The translations under genes were made by a program, and so were the position numbers. The notes beneath the pieces were generated by a model. That model saw only the letters and a program-made list of their open reading frames with translations, had not been told where the DNA came from and did not search any database. From positions 1-64,000 of the forward strand of contig JALHMH010000014.1 of NCBI GenBank assembly GCA_022844165.1: a stretch of DNA of 64,000 nucleotides, read 5' to 3'. Origin of the DNA: Lysobacterales bacterium (GTDB taxonomy: Bacteria; Pseudomonadota; Gammaproteobacteria; Xanthomonadales; SZUA-5). Below are positions 28,069 to 40,334 of this stretch, in pieces (position 1 is the stretch's first letter; each line of letters begins with the position of its first letter).

Positions 28069-28554
28069 ATGAAAATTGCGCTAATTGTCTTTTATCTGGT
28101 CATCGCGATTGCGATGATCACCTTTATCATGATGCAGCGCGGCTCGGGTGCGACCGCAGGGTCGGGCTTTGGTGCCGGTGCCTCGGGTACAGTTTTTGGC
28201 GCCCGAGGGTCGGCGAACTTTCTCTCGTCCAGCACCAAGTGGCTGGCGATCTTGTTCTTTTCGCTCAGTATGGGGATGGCGGTGTACGAGAACCGTACCG
28301 GTACCGCGCGTGCCCAGCAGGAAGACCTGGGCGTCATGGGGCAGCTTCCGACAACGCCGGAGACGCCGGCACCGAGTGAGATTCCGGCAGCGCCGTCAAG
28401 CGAGCAGTCGCCGGCAGGTGCCGAAGTGCCGCCAGCGCCTGGTTCGGAGGCGGCGTCAGCGTCCGACGCTCCTGAAGCGGGTGCCGCAGCTGCTGCTACG
28501 ACATCGGAAACAAGTGACACGACTGGCGACAAGCCAGCAGAAAAAACGCCATAA
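28069..28554 (+). CDS. secG: Preprotein translocase subunit SecG
   Basis: Likely start ATG 28069; MQRGSGATAGSGFGAGASGTVFGARGSANFLS; long Pro/Ala/Glu-rich tail; tpiA-secG-tRNA-Leu context. Confidence 0.93.
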   Translation: MKIALIVFYLVIAIAMITFIMMQRGSGATAGSGFGAGASGTVFGARGSANFLSSSTKWLAILFFSLSMGMAVYENRTGTARAQQEDLGVMGQLPTTPETPAPSEIPAAPSSEQSPAGAEVPPAPGSEAASASDAPEAGAAAAATTSETSDTTGDKPAEKTP

Positions 28555-28570
28555 TCAATCGCTGAACCGT

Positions 28571-28655
28571 GCCGACGTGGTGGAATTGGTAGACACGCTA
28601 CTTTGAGGTGGTAGTGGGGCAACCCGTGACAGTTCGAGTCTGTCCGCCGGCACCA
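28571..28655 (+). tRNA. tRNA-Leu (anticodon GAG)
   Basis: GCCGACGTGGTGGAATTGGTAGACACGCTACTTT-GAG-GTGGTAGTGGGGCAACCCGTGACAGTTCGAGTCTGTCCGCCGGCACCA; long variable arm; encoded CCA. Confidence 0.96.
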
Positions 28656-28759
28656 ACTTTTTCGCAACACCCCTGATTTTGCCAAGCTCTCGTGCTCGCT
28701 CGGAGTTGCATCCGAGCACTGACTGCGGGCTCAGCACAAAACCGGAGCGCCCGTCGCCT

Positions 28760-29119
28760 ATGGATCTCGCTCAATATCTGCCCATCGCGATTTTCTTGCT
28801 GGTGGCGACTGTCATCGGTGTCGCGTTGTTGTCGCTCGGCTCGATACTTGGCCCTAGCCAATCGAGCGCGCAGAAGCTGTCGCCCTATGAATGCGGCTTT
28901 GAGGCATTCGAAGACGCACGCATGAAGTTCGATGTGCGCTACTACCTTGTCGCCATTCTTTTCATCATCTTCGATCTGGAAATCGCGTTCCTGTTCCCCT
29001 GGGCTACCGTGCTGGACGAGTTGGGCTGGGCAACAATGGCTGCAATGGCTGTCTTCCTGGGGCTGTTGGTGGTTGGCTTCATCTACGAGTGGAAGAAAGG
29101 AGCGCTGGAATGGGAGTAA
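28760..29119 (+). CDS. nuoA: NADH-quinone oxidoreductase subunit A
   Basis: [27 protein letters not shown] and [10 protein letters not shown] motifs. Confidence 0.97.
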   Translation: MDLAQYLPIAIFLLVATVIGVALLSLGSILGPSQSSAQKLSPYECGFEAFEDARMKFDVRYYLVAILFIIFDLEIAFLFPWATVLDELGWATMAAMAVFLGLLVVGFIYEWKKGALEWE

Positions 29120-29652
29120 GCGAGATTTTCCATAACCCGGTGCCGTTGGGTTCTGTCGATGACATTCTGCGACCCCACGCAGACAATCCTGTGCTGCAAC
29201 GTGGGTTTGCAACCACGAGCGCCGATGCTCTGATCAATTGGGCGCGCACGGGATCGATGTGGCCTATGACATTCGGTCTGGCCTGCTGCGCGGTCGAGAT
29301 GATGCATGCCGGCGCCTCGCGCCTGGATCTTGATCGATATGGAGTGGTCTTCCGTCCGAGCCCGAGACAGTCGGATGTGATGATTGTTGCCGGTACGCTG
29401 GTCAACAAGATGGCGCCCGCTTTGCGCAAAGTCTTCGACCAGATGCCGGAGCCCAAGTGGGTGATTTCGATGGGAAGTTGCGCGAACGGTGGTGGTTATT
29501 ACCACTACTCTTACTCAGTGGTTCGCGGCTGTGATCGCATCGTCCCGGTGGATATCTATGTGCCGGGTTGTCCGCCTACGGCGGAAGCACTGATCTACGG
29601 AATTCTGCAGCTGCAGAAGAAAATTCGTCGTACCAATACCATTTCGCGTTGA
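29110..29652 (+). CDS. nuoB: NADH-quinone oxidoreductase subunit B
   Basis: [20 protein letters not shown] and YVPGCPP motifs. Confidence 0.97.
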   Translation: MGVSEIFHNPVPLGSVDDILRPHADNPVLQRGFATTSADALINWARTGSMWPMTFGLACCAVEMMHAGASRLDLDRYGVVFRPSPRQSDVMIVAGTLVNKMAPALRKVFDQMPEPKWVISMGSCANGGGYYHYSYSVVRGCDRIVPVDIYVPGCPPTAEALIYGILQLQKKIRRTNTISR

Positions 29653-29658
29653 GCCCCA

Positions 29659-30375
29659 ATGTCCGAATCGCCTGTACTGATCGATGCGCTTAAGTCACGC
29701 TTTGGCGACCAACTTCTGTCGACGACAGTCTGCTGCAACCAATTTACGATCGAAGTCGCTGCCGATCAGGCACTGGATGTGCTGCGGGCCTTACGCGACG
29801 AAAGCGGCTTTCGGTTCACGCAGATGATCGACCTTTGCGGCGTCGACTATCTTTCTTACGGCATCAGCGAATGGGAGACCGAAGCCGTTACCGATACAGG
29901 GTTCTCTCGCGGCGTGGATGGGGAAGGTCCCGGACGTTTCGACTGGGCCGGCAGGCCGCAGCAGAGCCCTGGCGCGAGGCGCTATGCGGCTGTCGTGCAC
30001 TTGTTGAGCATCGAACTGAACCAGCGGTTGCGTGTGCGCTACTTCGCGCCCGACGACGCGCTCCCGATTGTGCCGTCCCTGGTGGAGATTTGGAATTCGG
30101 CAAACTGGTTCGAACGAGAGGCCTTTGATTTGTTTGGGATCGTTTTTGAAGGGCACCCGGACTTGCGTCGCTTGCTCACGGACTACGGCTTCATCGGCCA
30201 CCCTTTCCGCAAGGACTTTCCGCTCATCGGTAACGTCGAAGTGCGTTACGACCCAGACAAGGGCCGCGTCGTTTATGAGCCAGTGACGATTGAGCCGCGC
30301 GTCGGGGTTCCGCGAGTCGTGCGCGAGGATTCACGCTATTTGCAGGCGCAGAACGAACTGGCGCAGAAGGGCTGA
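29659..30375 (+). CDS. nuoC: NADH-quinone oxidoreductase subunit C
   Basis: [40 protein letters not shown] motif. Confidence 0.96.
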   Translation: MSESPVLIDALKSRFGDQLLSTTVCCNQFTIEVAADQALDVLRALRDESGFRFTQMIDLCGVDYLSYGISEWETEAVTDTGFSRGVDGEGPGRFDWAGRPQQSPGARRYAAVVHLLSIELNQRLRVRYFAPDDALPIVPSLVEIWNSANWFEREAFDLFGIVFEGHPDLRRLLTDYGFIGHPFRKDFPLIGNVEVRYDPDKGRVVYEPVTIEPRVGVPRVVREDSRYLQAQNELAQKG

Positions 30376-30379
30376 AGCT

Positions 30380-31633
30380 GTGGCAGAAATTCGCAACTAC
30401 ACAATGAACTTCGGCCCGCAACATCCTGCGGCGCATGGCGTTTTGCGGCTGGTGCTGGAACTCGATGGTGAGACCATTGTTCGTGCCGACCCTCACGTAG
30501 GGCTCTTGCATCGCGGAACTGAGAAGCTCGCGGAAAGCAAACCGTATAACCAGTCGATCGGCTACATGGATCGCCTGGACTACGTTTCGATGATGTGCAA
30601 CGAACACGCTTACGTTCGGGCCATCGAACGCTTGCTGGGTGTGGATCCGCCAGCACGTGCGCAGGTCATTCGCACGATGTTCGACGAGATCACACGAATT
30701 CTCAATCATCTGATGTGGCTGGGCTCAAACGCGCTCGACCTGGGCGCGATGACTTTGTTCCTGTACGCATTTCGCGAGCGCGAAGAACTGATGGACTGTT
30801 ACGAGGCAGTCTCTGGGGCACGTTTGCACGCGACCTACTATCGCCCCGGCGGCGTGTATCGCGATCTGCCTGAGCAGATGCCGCAATACAAAGAAAGCCC
30901 GTGGACCAAGGGTGCTGACCTCAAGCGGCGCAACGACTGGCGCCAGGGTTCGATGCTTGATTTTCTTGACGCCTTTTGCGCGGATTTCCCAAAGCGTGTC
31001 GATGAGTACGAGACCCTGCTGACTGACAATCGCATCTGGAAACAACGGACGGTGAACATCGGTGTGATTTCACCCGAGATGGCGCTGCGCTGGGGCATGA
31101 CGGGCCCGATGTTGCGCGGCTCTGGCGTGGCCTGGGATCTGCGAAAAAAACAGCCGTATGCGGCTTACAACCGATTCGAATTTGACATTCCGGTCGGCGT
31201 CAATGGCGATTGTTACGACCGCTACCTGGTGCGCGTCGAGGAAATGCGTCAGAGCAATCGCATCGTCAAGCAATGCGTCGACTGGCTGCGCGGTAACCCC
31301 GGTGAAGTGATGGTACGCAACTTTAAAGTGGCGCCGCCGTCGCGCGTGGAGATGAAGGACGACATGGAAGCCTTGATCCATCACTTCAAACTGTTTACCG
31401 AAGGCTATTGCGTTCCGGCTGGCGAAGTGTATTGCGCGGTGGAAGCGCCGAAAGGTGAATTCGGTGCGTACCTGATTTCCGATGGGGCCAACAAACCGTT
31501 TCGCGTCAAGTTGCGTGCGCCGGGATTTGCGCATCTGTCGGCTATGGACGAGATCGTCCGCGGCCACATGTTGCCCGACGTCGTAGCTGTGATAGGCACG
31601 TTGGACATCGTGTTTGGAGAGATCGATCGATGA
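30380..31633 (+). CDS. nuoD: NADH-quinone oxidoreductase subunit D
   Basis: GTG start at 30380; [24 protein letters not shown] and DIVFGEIDR motifs. Confidence 0.97.
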   Translation: MAEIRNYTMNFGPQHPAAHGVLRLVLELDGETIVRADPHVGLLHRGTEKLAESKPYNQSIGYMDRLDYVSMMCNEHAYVRAIERLLGVDPPARAQVIRTMFDEITRILNHLMWLGSNALDLGAMTLFLYAFREREELMDCYEAVSGARLHATYYRPGGVYRDLPEQMPQYKESPWTKGADLKRRNDWRQGSMLDFLDAFCADFPKRVDEYETLLTDNRIWKQRTVNIGVISPEMALRWGMTGPMLRGSGVAWDLRKKQPYAAYNRFEFDIPVGVNGDCYDRYLVRVEEMRQSNRIVKQCVDWLRGNPGEVMVRNFKVAPPSRVEMKDDMEALIHHFKLFTEGYCVPAGEVYCAVEAPKGEFGAYLISDGANKPFRVKLRAPGFAHLSAMDEIVRGHMLPDVVAVIGTLDIVFGEIDR

Positions 31634-32157
31634 AGGCCCGACACTTGCACGCTGTGCCGGTCAATGCAGACCCTCTTCTGCTGCTGACGGACGCTTCGCG
31701 TAGCGAACTGGATCGCTGGATCGCAAAGTATCCGGCGGATCGCAAGCGCAGCGCCTTGCTGGCAGGTTTGCGCATCGCGCAGAAGCAAAACCAAGGTCAT
31801 TTGACCGACGATTTCATTGCGGCGGTTGCCAACTACCTGGGCCTGCCAGCGACTCAAGCGTACGAAGTGGCGACGTTCTATTCCCTGTTCCACATTGGCG
31901 GTTGCGGACGCAATAAGGTATCGATCTGCACCAACATCTCGTGCTGGCTAAACGGTGCAGATGAAATTGTCGAGCACACGACCAGGAGGCTCGGCATTGG
32001 CCTTGGCGAATCCACGCCAGACGGTCGCATTCACTTGATCGAAGAGGAAGAGTGTTTGGCCGGTTGTGTGCGTGCGCCGATGATGTGGGTCAACGGCGAG
32101 TACCACGAACACCTCACACCAGAGAAAGTGGACGAGATTTTGGAGGCTTTGCGCTGA
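31630..32157 (+). CDS. nuoE: NADH-quinone oxidoreductase subunit E
   Basis: [15 protein letters not shown] and ECLAGC..AP 2Fe-2S ligands. Confidence 0.95.
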   Translation: MKARHLHAVPVNADPLLLLTDASRSELDRWIAKYPADRKRSALLAGLRIAQKQNQGHLTDDFIAAVANYLGLPATQAYEVATFYSLFHIGGCGRNKVSICTNISCWLNGADEIVEHTTRRLGIGLGESTPDGRIHLIEEEECLAGCVRAPMMWVNGEYHEHLTPEKVDEILEALR

Positions 32158-33482
32158 TGGCACAGATGAACCCATTAGGTCTCGTTCCAGGGGCGCACAA
32201 TGTGTGCTTTACCACGTTGCACTTTGATGTGCCGTGGAGCTATGACAGCTACTTGAAATCCGGTGGTTATCAGGCGCTGCGAAAAATCCTCGAAGAAAAG
32301 TGGACGCGCGAACAAGTCATCGACATGGTCAAGGCGAGCGCGCTGCGCGGCCGCGGTGGCGCTGGCTTTCCAACGGGTTTGAAGTGGAGCTTCATGCCAC
32401 GTAACGCGCCAGGCACGAAGTACATTTTGTGCAATTCCGATGAGTCCGAACCCGGTACGTGCCACGACCGCGACATTCTGCGTTACAACCCACACGCCGT
32501 GATCGAGGGCATGATCATCGGTGGATTTGCGATGGGCGCCGCCGTTGGTTACAACTACATGCGCGGTGAGTTCCAGAACGAGCCGTTCGAGCATTTCGAG
32601 CAGGCGCTCCTGGATGCCTATCGCCACGGTTGGTTGGGCAAAAACATTCTCGGCTCGGGTTTCGATTTCGATCTCTACGCCAGTCTGGGTGCTGGGGCGT
32701 ACATCTGCGGCGAAGAGACGGCGCTGATGGAGTCGCTCGAGGGCAAGAAGGGCCAGCCGAGGTTCAAGCCACCATTTCCAGCTAATTTCGGGTTGTATGG
32801 CAAGCCCACGACCATCAACAACACGGAGACCTTCGCTTCGGTTCCGGCGATCATCCGCAATGGCGCCGAGTGGTTTTTGAACCTTGGCAAGCCCAACAAT
32901 GGCGGGCCTAAGTGTTTCTCGATTTCCGGGCATGTGCAGAAGCCGGGAAACTACGAGCTTCCGCTTGGCATACCGTTTAAGGACATGTTGCAGGTTGCCG
33001 GCGGGATACGTCCAGGCCGCACGCTGAAAGCGGTCATTCCGGGTGGGTCTTCCATGCCCGTTTTGCCGGCGAGCACGATGTTGGACATTACGATGGACTT
33101 CGACGCGCTGCAGAAAGCGGGGTCCGGCCTGGGCTCAGGCGCAGTGATCATCATGGATGACAGTACCTGCATGGTAAAGGCGCTCACCCGCATCTCGCGA
33201 TTTTATTACCACGAAAGTTGTGGGCAGTGCACGCCGTGCCGCGAAGGGACTGGCTGGATGTATCGGATGTTGGAGCGCATTTCTCATGGTAAAGGACGGG
33301 AAGAGGATTTGCCGCTCTTGAAAAGCGCGGCAGGCCAGATCGAAGGCCATACCATTTGCGCGTTCGGTGAGGCAGCAGCGTGGCCAGTACAGGGAATGCT
33401 GCGGCACTTCTATCCGGAGTTCGAATACTACGTTCGCCATGGACGCTCCATGGTTGATGATCAATTGAAGGTGGCGGCATGA
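32157..33482 (+). CDS. nuoF: NADH-quinone oxidoreductase subunit F
   Basis: [26 protein letters not shown] and [12 protein letters not shown] motifs. Confidence 0.97.
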   Translation: MAQMNPLGLVPGAHNVCFTTLHFDVPWSYDSYLKSGGYQALRKILEEKWTREQVIDMVKASALRGRGGAGFPTGLKWSFMPRNAPGTKYILCNSDESEPGTCHDRDILRYNPHAVIEGMIIGGFAMGAAVGYNYMRGEFQNEPFEHFEQALLDAYRHGWLGKNILGSGFDFDLYASLGAGAYICGEETALMESLEGKKGQPRFKPPFPANFGLYGKPTTINNTETFASVPAIIRNGAEWFLNLGKPNNGGPKCFSISGHVQKPGNYELPLGIPFKDMLQVAGGIRPGRTLKAVIPGGSSMPVLPASTMLDITMDFDALQKAGSGLGSGAVIIMDDSTCMVKALTRISRFYYHESCGQCTPCREGTGWMYRMLERISHGKGREEDLPLLKSAAGQIEGHTICAFGEAAAWPVQGMLRHFYPEFEYYVRHGRSMVDDQLKVAA

Positions 33483-35794
33483 GCGCGCAGCCGATTGCGG
33501 GCGCCGCGCCCGATACGGTCAGCATTGAGATTGATGGCGAAAAACTCGTCGCGCCCAAGGGTTCGATGATTATTCAAGCCGCCGACAAAGCCGGCATTTC
33601 AATACCAAGATTCTGCTACCACGAGAAGCTGGCCATCGCTGCCAACTGTCGTATGTGCCTGGTCGATGTGGAGAAATCGCCCAAACCGCTGCCCGCGTGC
33701 GCCACACCGGTCATGGAAGGCATGAAGGTCACCACACGCAGTAAGCGAGCACTCGATGCACAGCGTAATGTGATGGAGTTTCTTCTGGTCAATCATCCGC
33801 TCGACTGCCCGATCTGCGACCAGGGTGGCGAATGCGAGTTGCAAGACGTGGCGATCGGTTATGGGCGCTCGGTGTCGCGCTTTCAGGAACGCAAACGTGT
33901 TGTCGCGGATGAAGACTTGGGACCGCTCGTCGCTACCGAGATGACGCGCTGTATCCATTGCACGCGCTGCGTACGATTCATGGACGACATCGCCGGTACC
34001 ACCGAGTTGGGCGGCATGTTCCGCGGCGAGCACACCGAAATCGGCACGTACATCGGACGATCTCTGGAGTCGGAGCTCTCCGGCAACATCATCGATTTGT
34101 GCCCGGTCGGTGCGCTCACCAATAAAGTGTTCCGTTTCCGCGCGCGTCCCTGGGAGCTGGTCGCGCGTCCGCATCTCGGTTATCACGACGCTTTAGGCAG
34201 CAACTTGTATTTGCATTTGCGCCGCGGTGAGGTGCTGCGCGTGGTGCCACGCGACAATGAAGCGATCAACGAAAACTGGCTTAGCGATCGCGATCGCTAC
34301 AGCCATCAGGCATTGACTCACGACGATCGACTGACGTCGCCGCGAATCCGACAAAACGGGCATTGGGTCGATGCCAGCTGGGAGCAGGCCCTCACGGTTG
34401 CTGCCGATGCGCTCAAGGGTGTCGTGGCCAGACACGGTGCCTCGGCGTTGAGCACTCTGATTGCTCCCAATGTCAGTGCTGAAGAAATGTACCTGGCGGC
34501 GAAACTGACGCGCGCCCTGGGCTCAGATGCTGTCGAGCATCGGCTGCAGCAAATCGACTTTAGCGGCGAACAGTCTGAGCCGGCTTTTGCGACGCCGCTC
34601 GCCGAGTACGCGCATGCCCGATCGATTCTTTTGATCGGCAGTCACCCGCGACATGACGCACCGTTGCTCGGCCATCGCATTCGCTGCGCGTGGCGAGCGG
34701 GTGCGCAAGTGCATGCGATCAACCCGTTCTCGACGCGTCAGGTATTCGAGTTGAGTCAGTCGCTTTTCGGCTCGCCGGACCAGCAGTTGGCGGATTTGGC
34801 TGCTGTGGCGCGTGCAGCAGGTGGCAGCGCTTTCCCGGCACAATGGGCAGCGTTGGCAGATGCCTCGCGGCATGGCAATGCGGCCGCGGCCATATCGAGG
34901 TCGCTCGCCGAATCCAGCACGAGTAGAGTGTTGTTCGGTGCCGCTGCTGCCAGTCACCCGCGTGCGTCGCTGCTTCGCCAGTTGGCTCGTTTTGTCGCGC
35001 AAGTGACCGAGAGTTCTTTCGATGAGTTGCCACAAGGTGCAAACGCCAAAGCGGCTTGGCGCGTTGGTGCGGTGAGCACCTCTGCTTACGGTTCGAGCAG
35101 AGCTTATGTTTTGTATGGCGCTGAGGCGCCGCAGGACTTTGCCCATGGGCAGATGATTGTCGATGCGCTGAAAGGTGCCGAGGCTGTCATTGCATTCTCG
35201 GCCTTCGCACACCCGACTTTAGCCAGTTCGGCCTCCGTGATTTTTCCGATCGGGCTCCCCCCTGAGGTCGATGGTTCCTACGTCAACGTTGACGGTCTGG
35301 TTCAATCGTTTGCTGGTGCCGCGAAACCGCCGGGTGAGGCCAGGGCAGGGTGGCGCGTGTTGCGGGCTCTAGGCGAAAAGCTGGGTTTGCCTGAATTTCA
35401 CTTCACGGATTTTGCAAGCTTGAGCGGCCAGGTTGTTCCTCTGCTGGCATCGCCGGCTGCGGCACTGCAGGGTCGGGATGCCGCCGTACCGACGGTGGGG
35501 GAGGGGTTCATCGTGCAGCGCGTGATGCCGATCTACAACGTCGATAGCGTGGTACGACGTTCGCCATCCCTGCAAGGTACGGTCATTGCGGACGATGGGT
35601 CTTTGGGATTTCATCCGGAAGACGCTTTGGCGCTCGGTATCGGACAAGGCGGAACGGCCAGTATCGAGGGCATGCGTTACACCGCAGTTGCCTCGAACGA
35701 AGTGCCCAGGGGCGTGGTTCGCGTGCCGAGCGGGACGATCGCAACCATGAAGTTGCCAGTGACCGGCGGAACGGTGCAGGTGAGCCATGGATGA
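33479..35794 (+). CDS. nuoG: NADH-quinone oxidoreductase subunit G
   Basis: [36 protein letters not shown] and CPVGAL motifs. Confidence 0.96.
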   Translation: MSAQPIAGAAPDTVSIEIDGEKLVAPKGSMIIQAADKAGISIPRFCYHEKLAIAANCRMCLVDVEKSPKPLPACATPVMEGMKVTTRSKRALDAQRNVMEFLLVNHPLDCPICDQGGECELQDVAIGYGRSVSRFQERKRVVADEDLGPLVATEMTRCIHCTRCVRFMDDIAGTTELGGMFRGEHTEIGTYIGRSLESELSGNIIDLCPVGALTNKVFRFRARPWELVARPHLGYHDALGSNLYLHLRRGEVLRVVPRDNEAINENWLSDRDRYSHQALTHDDRLTSPRIRQNGHWVDASWEQALTVAADALKGVVARHGASALSTLIAPNVSAEEMYLAAKLTRALGSDAVEHRLQQIDFSGEQSEPAFATPLAEYAHARSILLIGSHPRHDAPLLGHRIRCAWRAGAQVHAINPFSTRQVFELSQSLFGSPDQQLADLAAVARAAGGSAFPAQWAALADASRHGNAAAAISRSLAESSTSRVLFGAAAASHPRASLLRQLARFVAQVTESSFDELPQGANAKAAWRVGAVSTSAYGSSRAYVLYGAEAPQDFAHGQMIVDALKGAEAVIAFSAFAHPTLASSASVIFPIGLPPEVDGSYVNVDGLVQSFAGAAKPPGEARAGWRVLRALGEKLGLPEFHFTDFASLSGQVVPLLASPAAALQGRDAAVPTVGEGFIVQRVMPIYNVDSVVRRSPSLQGTVIADDGSLGFHPEDALALGIGQGGTASIEGMRYTAVASNEVPRGVVRVPSGTIATMKLPVTGGTVQVSHG

Positions 35795-36806
35795 TCTCGT
35801 GCTGGTCGCCTGGACTCTGCTCAAAGTTCTGTTGGTAACGGTTCCGCTCATTCTGTGCGTGGCGTTTTACACATTGGCCGAGCGCCGCGTGATTGGCTAC
35901 ATGCAAGTCAGGCTGGGGCCCATGCATATCGGGCCTTGGGGACTGCTGCAGCCGTTCGCCGATGTTTTCAAGATGTTGTTCAAGGAACTGGTGATTCCGA
36001 GCAACGCCGATCGTTTTTTATACGTGATCGCGCCATTGCTGGCGCTGGCACCCGCTTTCGCCGCCTGGGCGGTTGTGCCGTTTTCTGAGGGCGTCGCGCT
36101 TTCGCAGATTGATGCCGGGCTCCTGTATTTGCTGGCGATGACCTCACTGGGTGTGTACGGTGTCATCCTGGCTGGGTGGGCGTCCAACTCGAAGTATGCC
36201 TTTCTCGGCGCGATGCGCTCAGCGGCGCAGATCGTCAGCTATGAAATTGCGATGGGCTTTGCACTGGTTGGTGTGTTGATCGCGGCCGGTAGCCTGAATC
36301 TCGAGAAGATCGTCTTGGCTCAGGCAGGTAACCTGGGTTTTCTGGAGTGGTTCTGGCTGCCGCTGTTGCCGTTGTTCCTGGTGTACCTGATTTCGGGTGT
36401 TGCTGAAACCAATCGAGCGCCCTTCGACGTCGCCGAAGGTGAGTCCGAAATTGTTGCCGGGTTCCACGTTGAATATTCGGGGTCCGCGTTCGCAGTGTTC
36501 TTCCTTGCCGAATACGCGAACATGATCTTGATCAGCTTCCTGACGGCGCTGCTTTTCATGGGTGGATGGTTGAGCCCGTTTCAGGGTCTCATTGGCGGAC
36601 CTTTGGGTGCACCAAGCCCGGTCTGGTTGCTTGCCAAAGCGGCATTCTTCATGTTCTGTTTCTTGTGGTTTCGTGCGACGTTTCCGCGGTACCGCTACGA
36701 TCAGATCATGCGTTTGGGATGGAAGATCTTCATCCCGATCACCATCGTTTGGATCGCTGTCGCGGCTGTATTGGTTGTGACCGGTGTATTGGAGCGCGGA
36801 ACTTAA
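35787..36806 (+). CDS. nuoH: NADH-quinone oxidoreductase subunit H
   Basis: [30 protein letters not shown] and PRYRYDQ motifs. Confidence 0.97.
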   Translation: MDDLVLVAWTLLKVLLVTVPLILCVAFYTLAERRVIGYMQVRLGPMHIGPWGLLQPFADVFKMLFKELVIPSNADRFLYVIAPLLALAPAFAAWAVVPFSEGVALSQIDAGLLYLLAMTSLGVYGVILAGWASNSKYAFLGAMRSAAQIVSYEIAMGFALVGVLIAAGSLNLEKIVLAQAGNLGFLEWFWLPLLPLFLVYLISGVAETNRAPFDVAEGESEIVAGFHVEYSGSAFAVFFLAEYANMILISFLTALLFMGGWLSPFQGLIGGPLGAPSPVWLLAKAAFFMFCFLWFRATFPRYRYDQIMRLGWKIFIPITIVWIAVAAVLVVTGVLERGT

Positions 36807-36887
36807 CTTCGGCGCTGGATGGCTGGGCTCGTGGATCACGCGCGAAGACCTGGAAATCGAAAAGCCGAATGCTGTGAGGAGTCACCG

Positions 36888-37376
36888 ATGGGTGCGATAA
36901 CGCATTACTTGAAGAGCCTGATGCTCAAAGAGTTGCTGGTGGGCTTGTCGCTCACCGGGCGCTACTTCTTTCGGCCCAAATACACGTTGCGGTACCCAGA
37001 AGAAAAGACACCCAAAAGCAACCGATTTCGCGGGCTGCATGCGCTCAGGCGGTACCCGAATGGCGAAGAGCGCTGTATCGCATGCAAGTTGTGTGAAGCA
37101 GTTTGTCCCGCTCTGGCGATCACCATCGATTCGGAACAGCGCGGCGACGGTACGCGTCGCACGACACGTTACGATATCGACCTGTTCAAGTGCATTTTCT
37201 GCGGGTTCTGCGAAGAGTCGTGCCCGGTAGACTCGATCGTAGAGACCGACATCCATGAGTATTACTTCGAACAGCGCGGCGAGAACGTCGTCAACAAGAA
37301 GCAGTTGCTCGCCATCGGAGATCGCTTCGAGGCAGAGATTGCGGCTGCGCGTGCGCTAGACGCGCCTTACCGATAA
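36888..37376 (+). CDS. nuoI: NADH-quinone oxidoreductase subunit I
   Basis: Start ATG 36888 after GAGGAG; [12 protein letters not shown] and [12 protein letters not shown] ferredoxin motifs. Confidence 0.97.
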   Translation: MGAITHYLKSLMLKELLVGLSLTGRYFFRPKYTLRYPEEKTPKSNRFRGLHALRRYPNGEERCIACKLCEAVCPALAITIDSEQRGDGTRRTTRYDIDLFKCIFCGFCEESCPVDSIVETDIHEYYFEQRGENVVNKKQLLAIGDRFEAEIAAARALDAPYR

Positions 37377-37386
37377 GGATTCACCG

Positions 37387-38001
37387 ATGGTGGTCGAACA
37401 AGTTCTGTTTTTCGCGCTTGGCGGCATGCTGCTTCTGGCTGGCCTGGGCGTTGTGACACTCAAGAATCCGGTGCATGCCGCGATGAGTCTGGTGCTGACC
37501 TTTTTCACCAGTTCGATGCTTTGGATCCTGCTGCGCGCCGAATTTCTTGGCATCGTTCTGATTCTGGTGTACGTCGGCGCGGTCATGGTGCTGTTTTTGT
37601 TCGTCGTCATGATGCTCGATATCAATGTCACGCCATTGCGTGAGGGATTCGCGCGCTTCCTGCCAGTGGGTGCGACGGTCGCTGCGTTGATGGCCGTTCA
37701 GATGATCATGGTGCTATCGAGCAAACATTTCGGATTCGACCAGTTTGCGCAACCCGCAGCCGTCACTGAAGGCAGTAATACCGAGGCGCTCGGGCTGGAG
37801 CTCTACACAAACTACGTTTATCCATTCGAGATCGCGGCAGTCATCTTGCTGGTCGCGATCGTTGCTGCGATCACGCTGACGCATCGCAAGCGTGAAGGCG
37901 GCAAAACACAGAACATCGATAAACAGGTACAGGTGCGCCGCGACGATCGCTTGCGAATCGTCAAAGTCGCATCGGAATCCAATGAGGGTGGCGGCACATG
38001 A
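37387..38001 (+). CDS. nuoJ: NADH-quinone oxidoreductase subunit J
   Basis: NPVHA and [17 protein letters not shown] motifs. Confidence 0.96.
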   Translation: MVVEQVLFFALGGMLLLAGLGVVTLKNPVHAAMSLVLTFFTSSMLWILLRAEFLGIVLILVYVGAVMVLFLFVVMMLDINVTPLREGFARFLPVGATVAALMAVQMIMVLSSKHFGFDQFAQPAAVTEGSNTEALGLELYTNYVYPFEIAAVILLVAIVAAITLTHRKREGGKTQNIDKQVQVRRDDRLRIVKVASESNEGGGT

Positions 38002-38303
38002 TTCCGTTGAACTGGTGGCTCATTCTCGCCGCACTGCTGTTCTGTATCAGTGTCGCCGGCATCTTCATCAATCGAAAGAATTTAATCGTTCTGCTTATGG
38101 CGATCGAGTTGATGTTGCTGAGCGTCAACATGAATTTTGTTGCTTTCTCGCGCTACCTCGACGATATGGCCGGGCAGGTGTTCGTCTTTTTCATACTGAC
38201 GGTTGCGGCTGCAGAGGCTGCCATCGGGCTGGCGATTCTGGTTGTGCTGTTCCGCAATCGCCGCACGATCAACGTCGGCGAAATCGATTCGCTGCGGGGC
38301 TAG
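37998..38303 (+). CDS. nuoK: NADH-quinone oxidoreductase subunit K
   Basis: IELML and [12 protein letters not shown] motifs. Confidence 0.96.
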   Translation: MIPLNWWLILAALLFCISVAGIFINRKNLIVLLMAIELMLLSVNMNFVAFSRYLDDMAGQVFVFFILTVAAAEAAIGLAILVVLFRNRRTINVGEIDSLRG

Positions 38304-38306
38304 CAA

Positions 38307-40325
38307 ATGATCACATCCTCATTGTTACTGACCATCGCGCTATCGCCGCTCGTCGGCGCCGTCGTCGCTGGCCTTCTCGGCAAGCAAGTGGGACGCGCCG
38401 GAGCGCATACCGTCACCATTCTGGGTGTGGCGATCAGCGCCGTGCTTAGCCTTTACGTTTTGAAGCTGATTGCAATCGACGGTCACCCGGCAGTTAACCT
38501 GTCAATCTATACCTGGTTCGAAATTGGCTCAATCAAGGCCGAGGTCGGATTCCTCGTCGATTCGTTGAGCGCGCTGATGATGTGCGTGGTCACCAGCGTG
38601 TCCTTGATGGTGCACATCTACACCATCGGCTACATGAAGGACGATCCAGGGTATCAGCGATTCTTTGCCTACATTTCGCTGTTCACCTTCGCAATGTTGA
38701 TGCTGGTGATGAGCAACAACTTTATGCAGCTGTTCTTTGGCTGGGAAGCGGTTGGGTTGGTGTCGTATCTGCTGATCGGGTTCTGGTACAAGCGCCCGAC
38801 TGCGATCTTTGCGAACCTCAAAGCCTTTCTCGTCAATCGTGTTGGCGACTTCGGCTTCTTGCTCGGCATCGGCATGTTGCTCGCTTATCTGGGCACGCTC
38901 GACTACGCGACGGCTTTCGCGCGCGCGCCTGAACTGGTAGGGCAAACGTTTACGCCTTGGGGCACGACTGAGTGGGCAGTGCCGACGGTCATCTGCATCC
39001 TGCTGTTCATCGGTGCGATGGGCAAGAGCGCCCAGGTGCCACTGCATGTGTGGCTGCCCGATTCGATGGAAGGCCCGACGCCGATTTCGGCGTTAATTCA
39101 TGCCGCTACCATGGTCACAGCGGGCATTTTTATGGTTGCGCGCATGTCGCCACTGTACGAGCTCAGCGAAACGGCGCTGTCGTTTATTCTCGTGATCGGC
39201 GCGATCACGGCGTTGTTCATGGGCCTGATCGGTGTTGTTCAGAACGACATCAAGCGTGTCGTCGCCTATTCGACGTTATCGCAGTTGGGTTACATGACAG
39301 TCGCACTAGGCGCCTCGGCCTACTCGGCCGCGATTTTTCATCTGATGACGCATGCATTCTTCAAAGCGCTGCTCTTCCTTGGCGCAGGTTCGGTCATCAT
39401 TGCGTTGCACCATGAGCAGGATCTGCGGCGCATGGGTGGGCTCTCCAAGTACATGCGCATTACCTGGATCACGGCCTGGGCCGGCACCCTGGCGCTGATT
39501 GGCTTTCCGGGCACCAGCGGATTTTTCTCCAAAGATGCGATTCTGATCGCCGTACAGCATGCCGATCGGCCCGGCGCGACCTTCGCCTATATTTGTGTGC
39601 TTCTGGGCGTTGCGATCACCGCGTTTTACAGCTTCCGCATGTTGTACCTGGCGTTCCATGGCCAGGAACGTTTTGAGCACGGCGGCGTTCATGACGAACA
39701 TCACAATGACCATGGTACGCACGATGACCACGGTCATCACAGCGGCCGACCGCACGAGTCGCCCTGGGTCGTCACCTTGCCGCTGATTCTGCTGGCCATT
39801 CCCTCACTATTGATAGGCGCCTTCACCGCAGGCCCATTGCTTTTCGGCAGCTTCTTCGATGGCGCGATTTTCGTCGCCGATGGGCGTGAGCCGCTGGCGG
39901 AAATGGCGCATCACTTCGAACACGGCGCACTCGCCTTCACGCTGCATGGTTTCGTGACCTTGCCGGTATGGCTGGCGCTCGGTGGCTTCGCGCTTGCGAG
40001 CTATATCTATCTGCTCAATCCCGCGGTCGCCGAGAAGGCCAGTCAAGTCCTCGCGCCCATTCATCGCATCCTGGAGAAAAAATATGGATTCGATGAGTTG
40101 TATCAGGCGCTGTTTGCCAGAGGCAGCGTCGGGATGGGTAAGCTGTTCTGGCAGGCAGGCGATCAGGCGATCATCGATGGCGCACTGGTCAATGGCACGG
40201 CGGGACTGGTTGCACGTACGGCCTTCGCCATCCGGCGTTTGCAATCGGGATTTCTCTACCACTACGCCTTCATGATGATCTTGGGTTTGATCGTCGTGAT
40301 CGGCGCCTTTGCGTTGTTGCAGTGA
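38307..40325 (+). CDS. nuoL: NADH-quinone oxidoreductase subunit L
   Basis: GKSAQVPLHVWLPDSMEGPTPISALIHAATMV and HAFFKALLFL motifs. Confidence 0.97.
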   Translation: MITSSLLLTIALSPLVGAVVAGLLGKQVGRAGAHTVTILGVAISAVLSLYVLKLIAIDGHPAVNLSIYTWFEIGSIKAEVGFLVDSLSALMMCVVTSVSLMVHIYTIGYMKDDPGYQRFFAYISLFTFAMLMLVMSNNFMQLFFGWEAVGLVSYLLIGFWYKRPTAIFANLKAFLVNRVGDFGFLLGIGMLLAYLGTLDYATAFARAPELVGQTFTPWGTTEWAVPTVICILLFIGAMGKSAQVPLHVWLPDSMEGPTPISALIHAATMVTAGIFMVARMSPLYELSETALSFILVIGAITALFMGLIGVVQNDIKRVVAYSTLSQLGYMTVALGASAYSAAIFHLMTHAFFKALLFLGAGSVIIALHHEQDLRRMGGLSKYMRITWITAWAGTLALIGFPGTSGFFSKDAILIAVQHADRPGATFAYICVLLGVAITAFYSFRMLYLAFHGQERFEHGGVHDEHHNDHGTHDDHGHHSGRPHESPWVVTLPLILLAIPSLLIGAFTAGPLLFGSFFDGAIFVADGREPLAEMAHHFEHGALAFTLHGFVTLPVWLALGGFALASYIYLLNPAVAEKASQVLAPIHRILEKKYGFDELYQALFARGSVGMGKLFWQAGDQAIIDGALVNGTAGLVARTAFAIRRLQSGFLYHYAFMMILGLIVVIGAFALLQ

Positions 40326-40334
40326 GTGCCCAGC

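Noticed and set aside
28320-28554. Low-complexity Pro/Ala/Glu tail of SecG
   Set aside because: Disordered SecG tails are common and it is not a DNA repeat element.
28571-28655. A-C mismatch at position 5 of the tRNA-Leu acceptor stem
   Set aside because: Single acceptor-stem mismatches occur in functional tRNA-Leu genes. The rest of the cloverleaf is canonical.
39655-39760. His-rich loop in NuoL (HDEHHNDHGTHDDHGHH)
   Set aside because: A common variable feature of proteobacterial NuoL, not novel.
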